This document shows, piece by piece, positions 46,330 to 55,772 of a stretch of 64,000 nt of DNA. Source of the stretch: Escherichia phage TH12; sequence record MT446390.1; one strand, given 5' to 3'. Within the stretch, counting starts at the first letter, position 1. The number at the start of each line of letters is the position of its first letter. Both the position numbers and the translations under genes were made by a program. The notes under the pieces are model-generated. The model had not been told where the DNA came from. It made no database searches and saw only the letters and a program-made list of their open reading frames with translations.

Positions 46330-46578
46330 ATGGAATTATTCGTAGCTAGTTCAGTAGCAGTTTTAATCGCAGGTATTGGTTCAATCATCATTTACATGTT
46401 GCCTTGGGTAATCGCACTTATTCGTGGCACAAAAAGCACAACAGCAATCTTCTTTGTATCTTTACTCTTTAACTGGACGATGATTGGTTGGATTGGAACT
46501 TTAATTTGGTCTATCGTTGCCGAAAAGAAATCTGCTCAGCAGCCTCAACAAGTAATTATTATTCGCGAAAAAGAATAA
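46330..46578 (+). CDS. Superinfection-immunity (Imm)-family membrane protein
   Basis: LPWVIALIRGTKSTTAIFFVSLLFNWTMIGWIGTLIWSI resembles Imm-family signature; 82 aa, two TM. Confidence 0.65.
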   Translation: MELFVASSVAVLIAGIGSIIIYMLPWVIALIRGTKSTTAIFFVSLLFNWTMIGWIGTLIWSIVAEKKSAQQPQQVIIIREKE

Positions 46579-46641
46579 ACTTGTTTACATTATAGATGGA
46601 CTATGGTATAGTAGTCCTATCAAATCAACTAAGGAGTTAAA

Positions 46642-46935
46642 ATGAAAAAGTTATCATTGGCAGCAATCTTACTCGCAGTATCATGTGCACCAGCTCCAGT
46701 TACAGCAGGTTATGATAAAGACCTCTGTGAGTGGTCAATGACTGCAAATCAAGAAGATGTTGAACAACAAATCTTCTCTGATATCGTGAACATCACTAAA
46801 CGAGACCGTCCTAATATGGTTAATAAAGTTGTTGAACAACTTAAGTCTGGCGGTATCATGCAGTACAACTATGTTTTGTATTGTGACCCTAATTTCGATA
46901 ACAAAGATATCGTAACCGAAATCACAGGTGAGTAA
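46642..46935 (+). CDS. sp: Spackle-like periplasmic superinfection-exclusion protein
   Basis: Signal peptide MKKLSLAAILLAVSCAPAPVTA then GYDKDLCEWSMTA...SGGIMQYNYVLYCD, as recalled for T4 Sp (61.3); 97 aa. Confidence 0.7.
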   Translation: MKKLSLAAILLAVSCAPAPVTAGYDKDLCEWSMTANQEDVEQQIFSDIVNITKRDRPNMVNKVVEQLKSGGIMQYNYVLYCDPNFDNKDIVTEITGE

Positions 46936-46936
46936 T

Positions 46937-47587
46937 ATGATTTATTATATGCACAAAAATGCACCATTTAAATATGGTAAATTTCCTAATGCACAATGTT
47001 ATAATATAACGCCGAATGAAAATAATAACGGATACCATATTGGTGTAATTTTTGTAATTGTTAAAGATAATGAAATCGTTGCCTGGGCAGATTTTAAAGG
47101 TACAACATATGATGTTAATCCTGTGCCTTTCACATATTACAATATAATGGATTTGGCATATGATTATAATTGGTTTACTCATGATACTCTGGCACATGTT
47201 GAAGGCGTAGGATTTGATATCTCTTATTCTAGTTATTCATTATGTCCTATGAGCCGAGCTCACGGTAAAGATGTATCATATCTTTCAATTCGGAAACGTG
47301 TAAACTTCAAACGTAGTACAGAGTATGTTGGTGGACTCTTTGTTAAAGATAATAAAATAACTCGTATTAGTTATCCTTTAAGTGTAGGTCAAAAAGATGT
47401 TGATGTTGATTTAGACTTAACTGAAAGTAACATTAATCGTATTGCTTCTGTATATTTTGATATCGATGAAAAAATTGTAGTGTGTGGATACGAATTACCA
47501 CCTGAAGAAAAGGTTGAAGCAATTGAAGTCGAATTAGAAATTTCTGTTGATGACCAAATATTTAATGCATTTATGAATCGAGGTTAA
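46937..47587 (+). CDS. Hypothetical protein (216 aa), AT-rich
   Basis: ATG after AGGTGAG; track start 46928 is GTG. Confidence 0.6.
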   Translation: MIYYMHKNAPFKYGKFPNAQCYNITPNENNNGYHIGVIFVIVKDNEIVAWADFKGTTYDVNPVPFTYYNIMDLAYDYNWFTHDTLAHVEGVGFDISYSSYSLCPMSRAHGKDVSYLSIRKRVNFKRSTEYVGGLFVKDNKITRISYPLSVGQKDVDVDLDLTESNINRIASVYFDIDEKIVVCGYELPPEEKVEAIEVELEISVDDQIFNAFMNRG

Positions 47588-47588
47588 A

Positions 47589-47786
47589 ATGACTACTGCA
47601 ATTTGCACTGGTTCTAAAATTAGTGTTTTTACAAGTTTTGAAGATTATGAAGTTGTTTCAAAACACCAATACAATATTAGCGTAAAAGCTAATGATGGTG
47701 TAATTTGGAATATTCCACACTATGAAGACACTACATATGAAGTCACAGATGCGAACGGTGATAAAGCGATCTTTGTGATTGATTAA
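47589..47786 (+). CDS. Hypothetical protein (65 aa)
   Basis: ATG after GAGGT. Confidence 0.5.
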   Translation: MTTAICTGSKISVFTSFEDYEVVSKHQYNISVKANDGVIWNIPHYEDTTYEVTDANGDKAIFVID

Positions 47787-47805
47787 ATATACTCAGGAGG
47801 TACCT

Positions 47806-48273
47806 ATGGGTATTATTAACACTGCAATAGATTCTGTTTACGCATATAAGTTTATTCGACTAATGCAAAAACCTTTTACCGAATGGAAAGCGTACGAAGC
47901 CAAAATAATCGACGAACGTGGAAGTGTTCTTAAACGTCCTTCTACTCCCGAAGAGAAAGCGGCTTATACACCTTTTCATGCTTCAGTTCGTTCAATGAAG
48001 CGAATGATGAGTACTGTTCCAGGTCTTAATGGAATGGCCTCAATGATGTCTGCCTGGAGTGCTGTAGCTTCACGCTATAACATTACAGAAGAACAGCAGA
48101 AAGAAATATTTAAAGAACTCCCTTTATTTGAGGATATGGTGGCTGGTGATTCAGGTGGCAGTCCTCAAGCTATTGCATCAGGAACTACTACAGGTGCAAT
48201 TGTAAATAAAGGTCCAGAACAAATTCCTTCCAAGAAAAGAAAGCGAATTAAAGTAAATATTAATAAGTTGTGA
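47806..48273 (+). CDS. Hypothetical protein (155 aa)
   Basis: Internal ATG after AGGAGG. Confidence 0.55.
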   Translation: MGIINTAIDSVYAYKFIRLMQKPFTEWKAYEAKIIDERGSVLKRPSTPEEKAAYTPFHASVRSMKRMMSTVPGLNGMASMMSAWSAVASRYNITEEQQKEIFKELPLFEDMVAGDSGGSPQAIASGTTTGAIVNKGPEQIPSKKRKRIKVNINKL

Positions 48274-48312
48274 TAAGATGGCCTTATTAATTTAAGGCCT
48301 CTGGAGAATACT

Positions 48313-49335
48313 ATGGCTGAATGGATAGATAATGAATTTGCTTATCGTGCGTTTTCTCACCTCCCTCGTTTTAGACAAATCAATAATTCAAGCACATTTA
48401 AATTAACATTTCGTTGTCCAGTTTGTGGCGACTCTCAGACAGATGCAATGAAAGCCCGCGGATGGTATTATGGCGGTACTCCAGGTAATGTGCATTGCTA
48501 TAACTGTCAATATCATAATACAATTTCTGGATACTTAAAAGAGTACGATGAAGAGCTTTATCGCGAGTATCTAATGGAAGTTCGTAAAGAAAAAGCTAGA
48601 ATGGAACCAAAGATTGAAAAGGTTCCTGAAGCTAAGCCGGAGCCAGAGAAAAAGACTATAAATTCTTTGCCGTCTTGTTCTCGTCTGGACAAGTTGCCTG
48701 AAGAGCATCCTATTGTGAAATATGTTAAGTCTCGGTGTATTCCTAAAGAATCATGGAACAGATTATGGTTCACATTAGAATGGCCCAAATTGGTCAACAA
48801 GATTCAACCTGGTACGTATAAGAAAGAGATTCCTGAACCGCGTTTAGTGATTCCTATTTTTAATAAAGATGGGAAGGCCGAGTCATTCCAAGGACGTGCA
48901 CTTCGTAAAGATGCTCCTCAGAAATATATCACTATTAAAGCGTTTGAGTCTGCAACAAAAATTTATGGTGTTGAACGTGTTAAGGAAGGAGACGTCTGGG
49001 TAATGGAAGGTCCTATTGATAGTTTATTCATACCCAATGCAATCGCTATTACAGGCGGCTCAATAGATTTAGATGTGGTACCATTTAAAGAACGTCGGGT
49101 ATGGGTAATGGATAATGAACCTAGGCATCCAGATACTATAGCTCGTATGAAGCGATTAGTTGATGCAGGCGAACGTGTCATGTTCTGGGACCGAGCTCCA
49201 TGGAGATCAAAGGATGTGAATGATATGGTAATGAAAGAAAATGCAACACCACAAGAAATTTTAGAATATATGAAACAGAATATTTCAAGTGGGTTGCATG
49301 CTAAAATGAGATTATCTCGTTATTCGAAGATTTAA
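48313..49335 (+). CDS. 61: DNA primase gp61
   Basis: N-terminal zinc ribbon CPVCGDS...CYNC and TOPRIM-like region; 340 aa; position upstream of 56. Confidence 0.9.
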   Translation: MAEWIDNEFAYRAFSHLPRFRQINNSSTFKLTFRCPVCGDSQTDAMKARGWYYGGTPGNVHCYNCQYHNTISGYLKEYDEELYREYLMEVRKEKARMEPKIEKVPEAKPEPEKKTINSLPSCSRLDKLPEEHPIVKYVKSRCIPKESWNRLWFTLEWPKLVNKIQPGTYKKEIPEPRLVIPIFNKDGKAESFQGRALRKDAPQKYITIKAFESATKIYGVERVKEGDVWVMEGPIDSLFIPNAIAITGGSIDLDVVPFKERRVWVMDNEPRHPDTIARMKRLVDAGERVMFWDRAPWRSKDVNDMVMKENATPQEILEYMKQNISSGLHAKMRLSRYSKI

Positions 49336-49529
49336 ACAAGCCCTATAATAGCAAAGGCCAAATCAACTACAGTATCCAATGGAACAGAAGGAACTATAAT
49401 ACCATTAGCAACTAACAATGGTGCAATCCCGAAGTTCCATGAAATAATGCCACCTACAACTATTGCAGCGATAGCAGTTTTCTTTTTATTGCCTTTAATA
49501 GCGTTGATTAACGATGGAAGTTTAAACAT
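49332..49529 (-). CDS. Small membrane protein (65 aa), only minus-strand gene called
   Basis: On minus strand ATG preceded by AAGGAG at 5-nt spacing; two hydrophobic helices; fills an otherwise ORF-free gap between 61 and 56. Confidence 0.6.
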   Translation of the reverse strand: MFKLPSLINAIKGNKKKTAIAAIVVGGIISWNFGIAPLLVANGIIVPSVPLDTVVDLAFAIIGLV

Positions 49530-49618
49530 AATATCTCCTTAGTTACCTATTATTTATTACGCTTTATAAAATTAATGTTAGAATTAAACTCTCTTACACT
49601 GAATTGAAAGGAAAAATA

Positions 49619-50140
49619 ATGGCGCACTTTAACGAATGTTCACAACTTATTTCTGGTGTTGATAAAGCAGAAGAAGCTTATTTTAATGCTCTGATTCACG
49701 AAGATAAAGACCCACTGCAGGTAATGCTTGATATGCAGAAATCTTTACAGGTTCGTTTGGCAAATGACAAGCCTGAACATAACAAACATCCTGATGAATT
49801 GGCTACTGCCGGTGATGTTGTTGATTGGCTGCGTAATCAGAAAGATTATATTGATGATGAATTCCGTGAACTGTTGACTTCACTTGGCGGTATGAGCAAT
49901 GGTGAAAAAGCCGCCAGCAGTGTATGGAAGCCGTGGAAAGCACAACATGCCGAATATCGTAATCGTCGTATCGATGAACTGTCTCCTGAAGACCAGCTTG
50001 AAATTAAATTCGAGATGATTGATATCCTCCACTTTGTTCTGAACATGTTCCAAGGCCTTGGACTTACTGCAGAAGAAATCTTTAAACTTTACTACTTGAA
50101 AAACCAACACAACTTTGAACGCCAGGATAATGGTTACTAA
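49619..50140 (+). CDS. 56: dCTP/dCDP pyrophosphatase gp56
   Basis: 173 aa; internal ATG (MAHFNEC); MazG-like; position between 61 and soc. Confidence 0.85.
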   Translation: MAHFNECSQLISGVDKAEEAYFNALIHEDKDPLQVMLDMQKSLQVRLANDKPEHNKHPDELATAGDVVDWLRNQKDYIDDEFRELLTSLGGMSNGEKAASSVWKPWKAQHAEYRNRRIDELSPEDQLEIKFEMIDILHFVLNMFQGLGLTAEEIFKLYYLKNQHNFERQDNGY

Positions 50141-50146
50141 TTAAGT

Positions 50147-50154
50147 TATAAATA
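50147..50154 (+). promoter_or_regulatory. T4 late promoter (TATAAATA) for soc
   Basis: Exact TATAAATA ~35 nt upstream of soc ATG. Confidence 0.65.
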
Positions 50155-50185
50155 CACCTGTAATTAAACAACAAAGGAGTTAATT

Positions 50186-50422
50186 ATGGGTGGTTACGTT
50201 AATATCAAAACCTTTACACATCCGGCTGGCGAAGGCAAAGAAGTTAAAGGTATGGAAGTTTCTGTACCGTTTGAGATTTATTCAAACGAACATCGAATTG
50301 CAGATTCCCATTACCAAATCTTTCCATCAGAAAAGGCAGCTTATTCTGATGTCGTTTCTGATGCAGCAACTTGGAAAACTAAGAACGCTGCAATGTTTAC
50401 CCCTACACCAGTAAGTGGTTAA
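50186..50422 (+). CDS. soc: Small outer capsid protein Soc
   Basis: GYVNIKTF...HYQIFPSEKAAYS...matches T4 Soc pattern; 78 aa; SD AAGGAG. Confidence 0.85.
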   Translation: MGGYVNIKTFTHPAGEGKEVKGMEVSVPFEIYSNEHRIADSHYQIFPSEKAAYSDVVSDAATWKTKNAAMFTPTPVSG

Positions 50423-50430
50423 ATAATTTA

Positions 50431-50456
50431 AGGAATCCTTCGGGATTCCTTTTTTC
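50431..50456 (+). terminator. Intrinsic terminator
   Basis: aggaatcc-ttcg-ggattcct followed by ttttt. Confidence 0.7.
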
Positions 50457-50523
50457 GTTTCTAGAGTTTACAACCACTAAAAACTGTGTTAAGATATTCT
50501 TACTTACTCAAGAGGAGAACAAT

Positions 50524-50751
50524 ATGTTAAATCGTTGGATTAAACCTAATAACACATTAGGTGCTTTGATTGCTCAAGAAGTTTCGTTGAAATACGGTCT
50601 TGGATATTACGATGATGTAGTCGTACACTCATTCATGATGGATGGTGAAGACGTCAAATTTAATGCCGAAATCCGTTGGGATGATGGTGGTGTTCGTTTT
50701 GTTCGAGGAACAATTAATGCTTACGATGCTGAAGAAGTTTTTTGCTGTTAA
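50524..50751 (+). CDS. Hypothetical protein (75 aa)
   Basis: ATG after AGAGGAG; early-promoter-like gtttac upstream. Confidence 0.55.
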   Translation: MLNRWIKPNNTLGALIAQEVSLKYGLGYYDDVVVHSFMMDGEDVKFNAEIRWDDGGVRFVRGTINAYDAEEVFCC

Positions 50752-50764
50752 ACCAGGCGAAGGT

Positions 50765-50953
50765 ATGATGCCTATTCCTGATACACACGAAAAAAGTTGG
50801 GAATACATTGGTGACGGCATGATGGAAGAAGTTGTTCGTCCTAAGTCTGCTTTAAACTCTTCAAGTTATAATCATTCATACGTATCGTCTTGGCCTGGTG
50901 ATTCCGGGTCAAGTTATTCTGATTGTGGTTCAAGCTCAGGGAGCTGCGAATGA
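50765..50953 (+). CDS. Hypothetical Ser-rich protein (62 aa)
   Basis: Internal ATGATG just after upstream stop; track start 50642 overlaps upstream gene. Confidence 0.4.
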   Translation: MMPIPDTHEKSWEYIGDGMMEEVVRPKSALNSSSYNHSYVSSWPGDSGSSYSDCGSSSGSCE

Positions 50954-51129
50954 ACAAGATAGTTAAATGGTTTAAAAGCTGGGACGATGGTGTCGGTCCA
51001 GAAGATTGGCTGGATGTTCTTGAAGAGAATATGGCTAAAGAATTCCAGAAACATGAAGAAAAGCTCGTCGAAGATGAAGGCGAACGTATTGTAAAACTTT
51101 ATATGGGTGAACCATCGAGGAAATTATAA
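50950..51129 (+). CDS. Hypothetical protein (59 aa)
   Basis: ATGA overlap. Confidence 0.45.
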   Translation: MNKIVKWFKSWDDGVGPEDWLDVLEENMAKEFQKHEEKLVEDEGERIVKLYMGEPSRKL

Positions 51130-51593
51130 TGGATGCTATGCTATTTAAAATGTATTTGCTTGAAGCCAAGTCATTTAAACATATACCGGTGGAAGATAAG
51201 ACTCCACTAGAAATAGCTATTCTCATTAACAAAAGTCTAAATAATCCGCAATATATCGTAGAAGAATTCTGTAAATTGCAGATTCCTAAAGGTTACAAAA
51301 TTCGTGTAGAGCGAGTTGGAGCTATTACTCGTTCTAAAAATTCTCCGTTTAGTCTTGAAGAAGGCATAAAGGACTTAGGTTATGAATCTACGGAAAATGC
51401 AGTTTATGTGAATCCTGAAAAGCGTTTAGACTTGTTTGAAAAGCGAGACCATAAGTATTTTGCCAAAAAATACTTTATTACATCATTAGCAGATTTAGTC
51501 CATTTGCAACGAGCTATTTGGAAATTTTTTAAGACAAAAGGTGTAGCACTAGAAACATTCTCTGAACCAGCTAGTTTTTATCTAGGTGAATAA
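51129..51593 (+). CDS. Hypothetical protein (154 aa)
   Basis: TAATG overlap; CGAGGA upstream. Confidence 0.6.
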   Translation: MDAMLFKMYLLEAKSFKHIPVEDKTPLEIAILINKSLNNPQYIVEEFCKLQIPKGYKIRVERVGAITRSKNSPFSLEEGIKDLGYESTENAVYVNPEKRLDLFEKRDHKYFAKKYFITSLADLVHLQRAIWKFFKTKGVALETFSEPASFYLGE

Positions 51594-51594
51594 T

Positions 51595-51774
51595 ATGGAC
51601 CTTATGAGTATGTTTGACGAGCCTGAAGTTGAGGCTCCTAAAGTGCATCGTAGTGAACTTGTTGATGAACTAGATAGTATTATACAACGACACGGCTTTA
51701 GTTTACCTGTTGAAGCCCTGAAAGACCTTGCATCTTATTATGACGACCCTCCACCATGGAGTCCTTGGAAATGA
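51595..51774 (+). CDS. Hypothetical acidic protein (59 aa)
   Basis: Internal ATG after AGGTGA. Confidence 0.45.
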   Translation: MDLMSMFDEPEVEAPKVHRSELVDELDSIIQRHGFSLPVEALKDLASYYDDPPPWSPWK

Positions 51775-51935
51775 AAGAGAAATTTAAAGAGAAATTCTTA
51801 CTAGAAATCAAGGAAAAAGACTTTGAGACATGGTACCGAATGGTGAAAGGGTTGACATTGCTTTTTAAAGCATCCTTATTCATGTTAGAACAACCCGGTC
51901 CTGATGGTCCTTTAGTAGGAAAGCTTAAAAAGTAG
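51771..51935 (+). CDS. Small ORF (54 aa), uncertain
   Basis: ATGA overlap; below track cutoff. Confidence 0.35.
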   Translation: MKEKFKEKFLLEIKEKDFETWYRMVKGLTLLFKASLFMLEQPGPDGPLVGKLKK

Positions 51936-51990
51936 TTTACATTCCCTCCTCTCGTGTTATGATAGGCTTATCTTTAAATGGAGGTCTATC

Positions 51991-52572
51991 ATGACATGTC
52001 AATCTGAACTTCAAGAACGCGAATACCTAACAAATCTGATTGATAGCAAATTCACCCGCCAAGAACAAAACATTCTCTGGGCTTGCACTGATTCTAAGGA
52101 AGACCCAGATTTCCACTATGAATTAGACCATCTTGTCCGTAAGCATATGACTTCTACAGTACCAGTAGAACTCTACCGTGGTGTAACTCCAGAAGAAGTA
52201 GAACGTCTTTCCCTTCTTTCTGTTGGATGCCATTGGTCTCCTGGACGCGCGACATCATTCACAACTGATTTCAGTACAGCTCGTCAATTCTCTGGGAGAT
52301 GGGAATATCAAACGTACACTATTCTTAGTCTTCGAAATGCTCCATTCATTTTTGATTACTACCAAAACATGGTTAACATTATACTCGCTGGAAAGAATCC
52401 TAAGCATGTTATGGAAGAAACGCGTGTTGACGTCCTAGATATGATTGAATCTGAACAAGAATACATGGTCTCAGGTATCTCTAGATTTGAGATTGTGGAA
52501 ATTGAAGACTTAGAATATGACCCTTTATCTCGGTTATACAAAATCATTCATTTGAAAATGTTGAATTTTTAG
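51991..52572 (+). CDS. modB: ADP-ribosyltransferase ModB-like
   Basis: R-S-ExE-type elements (LYRG; SFTTDFSTA; EQEYMV); paralog of next gene; position as T4 modB. Confidence 0.65.
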   Translation: MTCQSELQEREYLTNLIDSKFTRQEQNILWACTDSKEDPDFHYELDHLVRKHMTSTVPVELYRGVTPEEVERLSLLSVGCHWSPGRATSFTTDFSTARQFSGRWEYQTYTILSLRNAPFIFDYYQNMVNIILAGKNPKHVMEETRVDVLDMIESEQEYMVSGISRFEIVEIEDLEYDPLSRLYKIIHLKMLNF

Positions 52573-52629
52573 TGTACAAACTCTTCCGATGATGATATTA
52601 TACTTTTATCAACCACAGGAGAAACCTAA

Positions 52630-53238
52630 ATGTTTATGCCGTATAACGAGTGTGAAATTGAAGAAATGGTTCGTCGTGCTCAAAACCCCGAATATCAAGA
52701 TGTATTGCAGTACGAAATTGATAGTCAATTCAGCGACATTGAACAAAGTGTACTGTGGCAGTGTATGGAAAACAAGCCAGATAGCATCCAACAGGAGTTA
52801 AGTTCAATCGTTCGTAGAAATTGGACGTCTTCTGTTCCTGAGACAATGTATCGTGGAATCTCTAAGAAAACTATGGCCACACTTGATGATAAAGGCATTG
52901 GTAGTATTATTAAATTTGACAGAGTAATGAGCTTCAGCCCAGTGTTCGGTGTAGCACGTAACTTTGCTTCGTATAATTTTTACGGAACATTTAATATGTT
53001 CTGCATCAAAGATGCACCATTTGCTTTCAACTTCCGTGAACATATGCTTAATATGATTCTGGCTGCGCCATCTTGCGAGTTCAATGGAGCTTTCCCTGAA
53101 GCAACAAGACGGTCTAATGCTAGACTTATATCTGACGAATGCGAATTTATGCTCCCTATAGGGACTACACTGCGTGTAGATTCTATTATTCAAGATGGAC
53201 GTTATACAATCTGGAATCTGTCTATTGTCAGTTACTGA
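52630..53238 (+). CDS. modA: ADP-ribosyltransferase ModA-like
   Basis: MYRG; SFSPVFGVA; DECEFML; paralog of 51991 ORF; position as T4 modA. Confidence 0.65.
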   Translation: MFMPYNECEIEEMVRRAQNPEYQDVLQYEIDSQFSDIEQSVLWQCMENKPDSIQQELSSIVRRNWTSSVPETMYRGISKKTMATLDDKGIGSIIKFDRVMSFSPVFGVARNFASYNFYGTFNMFCIKDAPFAFNFREHMLNMILAAPSCEFNGAFPEATRRSNARLISDECEFMLPIGTTLRVDSIIQDGRYTIWNLSIVSY

Positions 53239-53392
53239 CTGAATTAGAATAACCGGATGGAACTCAGAACCATTATAACACATAAAAAATTAAAGCATTT
53301 TATGAAAAAAAGAGTGTACACTACCTGAGGGCATGATATTATAGACTTATCAGCTAAATGACCTTAACGTCCGTAAGACAGAGGAAAATATT

Positions 53393-54139
53393 ATGTTATC
53401 AAATAATAAAATTAACAAAATCAATCGTCGTCTTGACCACACCAGAGCTTCTGCGAAGAGACGCTCTAAGGATTTTAACTTAGACTTTAATTACCTTAAA
53501 AACATTCTTGATCAAAAGGTCTGCGCTTACTCAGGTGAATCTTTCAATAACTCTGTTGAAGGTGAGAAATTATCCTTAGAACGTTTTAATAACGATATCG
53601 GCTACATTAAAGGTAATGTTATCCCAGTTAAGAAAAAATATAACACGGCTCGTTCTGATTTAACATTAGAAGAACTTATTGAGAAACGTGATGCCATTGC
53701 AAGACGTATCGCTAATCCTTCTGCCCGTAAAGTAGAGAAACTTAATCTCGACGAGAAGAAATGGGCCCAAATCAAAAAGGTTTATGGTACTATTTTAAAA
53801 ATCCGAGCAAAACGTGAAAATCGTGTTAAGCATATGGCGAACATGTTGAAAAATCAACCTTTATCTAACGAATCTAAACTTAGAATTGTTGCTTTGAAAG
53901 CACGCATTAATGGCTCACATCAAGCAGAAGGCCATGAACTTACTAAACTCAACGTTCTTCTTAAAGGCTCTGACTGGAAAACTAAAACTAAATTAACCGA
54001 TGCTGAATCGCTTTTCGATACATATGATAAAGTTATCCAAGGTCTGCAACGTTTTGAAAAGATTGGTTTCATTGGTAAATTAAAATTGAAACGTGGCTTA
54101 CCACTTAGCGCATCATTATTCCAACTGATTAAAGGTTAA
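53393..54139 (+). CDS. Basic protein, Srd-like by synteny (248 aa)
   Basis: Between modA and dda as T4 srd; no motif verified. Confidence 0.5.
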   Translation: MLSNNKINKINRRLDHTRASAKRRSKDFNLDFNYLKNILDQKVCAYSGESFNNSVEGEKLSLERFNNDIGYIKGNVIPVKKKYNTARSDLTLEELIEKRDAIARRIANPSARKVEKLNLDEKKWAQIKKVYGTILKIRAKRENRVKHMANMLKNQPLSNESKLRIVALKARINGSHQAEGHELTKLNVLLKGSDWKTKTKLTDAESLFDTYDKVIQGLQRFEKIGFIGKLKLKRGLPLSASLFQLIKG

Positions 54140-54141
54140 TT

Positions 54142-54453
54142 ATGGTTTATGTATATGCAATAGTTTATCGAGATATGGAAGGATTTACTGTCCCGGTTCC
54201 ACTTGATGAGCATCGTCCTGCAGTATTTTTTAGAAAGGATATTGCAGATAAAGTTTTCGATACTTTGAAAACACAGTATAAAACAGATTTAAAAATGGGA
54301 GTTCTAAGAATGGTCGAAACTCCGCGTAAGTTCTGGTTTAATAAGCTTGAAATGAAACACGTTAAACTAGATGCGGAGACGCAAAGATTGTATCAACGAA
54401 TCCTGGACACAGGCCGTATTGTTAGTATTCCAATTGCAGGGACTTTACGATGA
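54142..54453 (+). CDS. Hypothetical protein (103 aa)
   Basis: ATG right after upstream stop. Confidence 0.55.
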   Translation: MVYVYAIVYRDMEGFTVPVPLDEHRPAVFFRKDIADKVFDTLKTQYKTDLKMGVLRMVETPRKFWFNKLEMKHVKLDAETQRLYQRILDTGRIVSIPIAGTLR

Positions 54454-55763
54454 TATTTGATGATTTGACTGAAGGCCAGAAAAACGCCTTCAACGTTGTT
54501 ATGGAAGCTATTAAAGAAAAGAAACATCACGTAACTATTAATGGGCCTGCCGGTACAGGTAAAACAACCCTTACTAGATTCATCGTTGAAGCCCTTATTT
54601 CTTCTGGAGAATCAGGTATTATTTTAGCAGCCCCTACACATGCTGCTAAAAAGGTTCTAAGCAAACTTGCAGGCCAAGAAGCATCGACTATTCATAGCAT
54701 TCTTAAAATCAACCCAACTACATACGAAGAAAACGTATTATTTGAACAGAAAAAGGTTCCAGACTTAGCCTTGTGTCGTGTACTGTTATTTGATGAAGCG
54801 TCAATGTGCGACCGTTCTCTGTTTAAAATAATGTTAGCTAGTATCCCTAAATGGTGTACAGTAATTGGAATTGGTGACCGATGTCAGATTCGACCTGTAG
54901 ACCCAGGCGAATCAACTGCGTATCTAAGTCCTTTCTTCACTCACAAAGACTTCGTGCAATGCAACCTTACAGAAGTTAAACGTAGCAATGCGCCAATTAT
55001 TGATGTTGCGACCGATATTCGTAATGGCAAATGGATTTACGATAAAGTAGTTGATGGGCACGGTGTTCATGGATATACAGACCTTAAATCGTATATGATG
55101 AACTATTTTAACGTCGTTAAAACTCCTGAAGACCTTTTCGAAAATCGAATGATGGCATTCACAAATAAGTCGGTGGATAAGTTGAATTCAATTATTCGCC
55201 GAAAACTTCTCGAAACAGAAAAGCCATTTATTAAAGATGAAGTCATTGTTCTACAAGAGCCGTTTACCAAGACGTATAAGCTAGATGGCAAAAATATGAC
55301 CGAAATGCTTTTCAATAACGGGCAATTCGTTCGTATTCGGGATGCTGTAGAAACGTCTACATTCGTTAAAGCACGTGGTGTTTCAGGCGAATATATGATA
55401 CGATACTGGAATCTTACAGTAGAAACATATGGCGACGATGATGAATACGTCCGCGAGGATATAAAGGTTATTTCTTCTGAAGAAGAGCTTTATAAATTCA
55501 ATTTGTTTTTGGCTAAGACTGCAGAAACATACAAATTCTGGAATAAAGGTGGTAAAGCTCCATGGAGTGAATTCTGGGATGCTAAACGTATGTTCACTAA
55601 GGTGAAGGCACTACCAGTATCAACCTTCCATAAGGCCCAGGGTATGTCTGTTGACACGGCCTTTGTTTATACACCGTGTATCCATTATGCCGATTCAGAA
55701 TTAGCTAAACAGTTATTGTATGTCGGCACAACTCGTGGTCGTTTTGACGTCCATTTTATTTGA
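54450..55763 (+). CDS. dda: SF1 DNA helicase Dda
   Basis: Walker A GPAGTGKTT, Walker B LLFDEASM; 437 aa. Confidence 0.95.
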   Translation: MIFDDLTEGQKNAFNVVMEAIKEKKHHVTINGPAGTGKTTLTRFIVEALISSGESGIILAAPTHAAKKVLSKLAGQEASTIHSILKINPTTYEENVLFEQKKVPDLALCRVLLFDEASMCDRSLFKIMLASIPKWCTVIGIGDRCQIRPVDPGESTAYLSPFFTHKDFVQCNLTEVKRSNAPIIDVATDIRNGKWIYDKVVDGHGVHGYTDLKSYMMNYFNVVKTPEDLFENRMMAFTNKSVDKLNSIIRRKLLETEKPFIKDEVIVLQEPFTKTYKLDGKNMTEMLFNNGQFVRIRDAVETSTFVKARGVSGEYMIRYWNLTVETYGDDDEYVREDIKVISSEEELYKFNLFLAKTAETYKFWNKGGKAPWSEFWDAKRMFTKVKALPVSTFHKAQGMSVDTAFVYTPCIHYADSELAKQLLYVGTTRGRFDVHFI

Positions 55764-55772
55764 GAGAAAATT

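Noticed and set aside
50524-50953. Possible programmed frameshift joining ORFs 50524-50751 and 50765-50953
   Set aside because: The downstream ORF has its own ATGATG after the upstream stop and no convincing slippery heptamer with a stimulatory structure; two separate genes are simpler.
52804-53283. Minus-strand ORF (159 aa) antisense to the ModA-like gene
   Set aside because: Overlaps a plus-strand gene with recognisable ART motifs; no SD.
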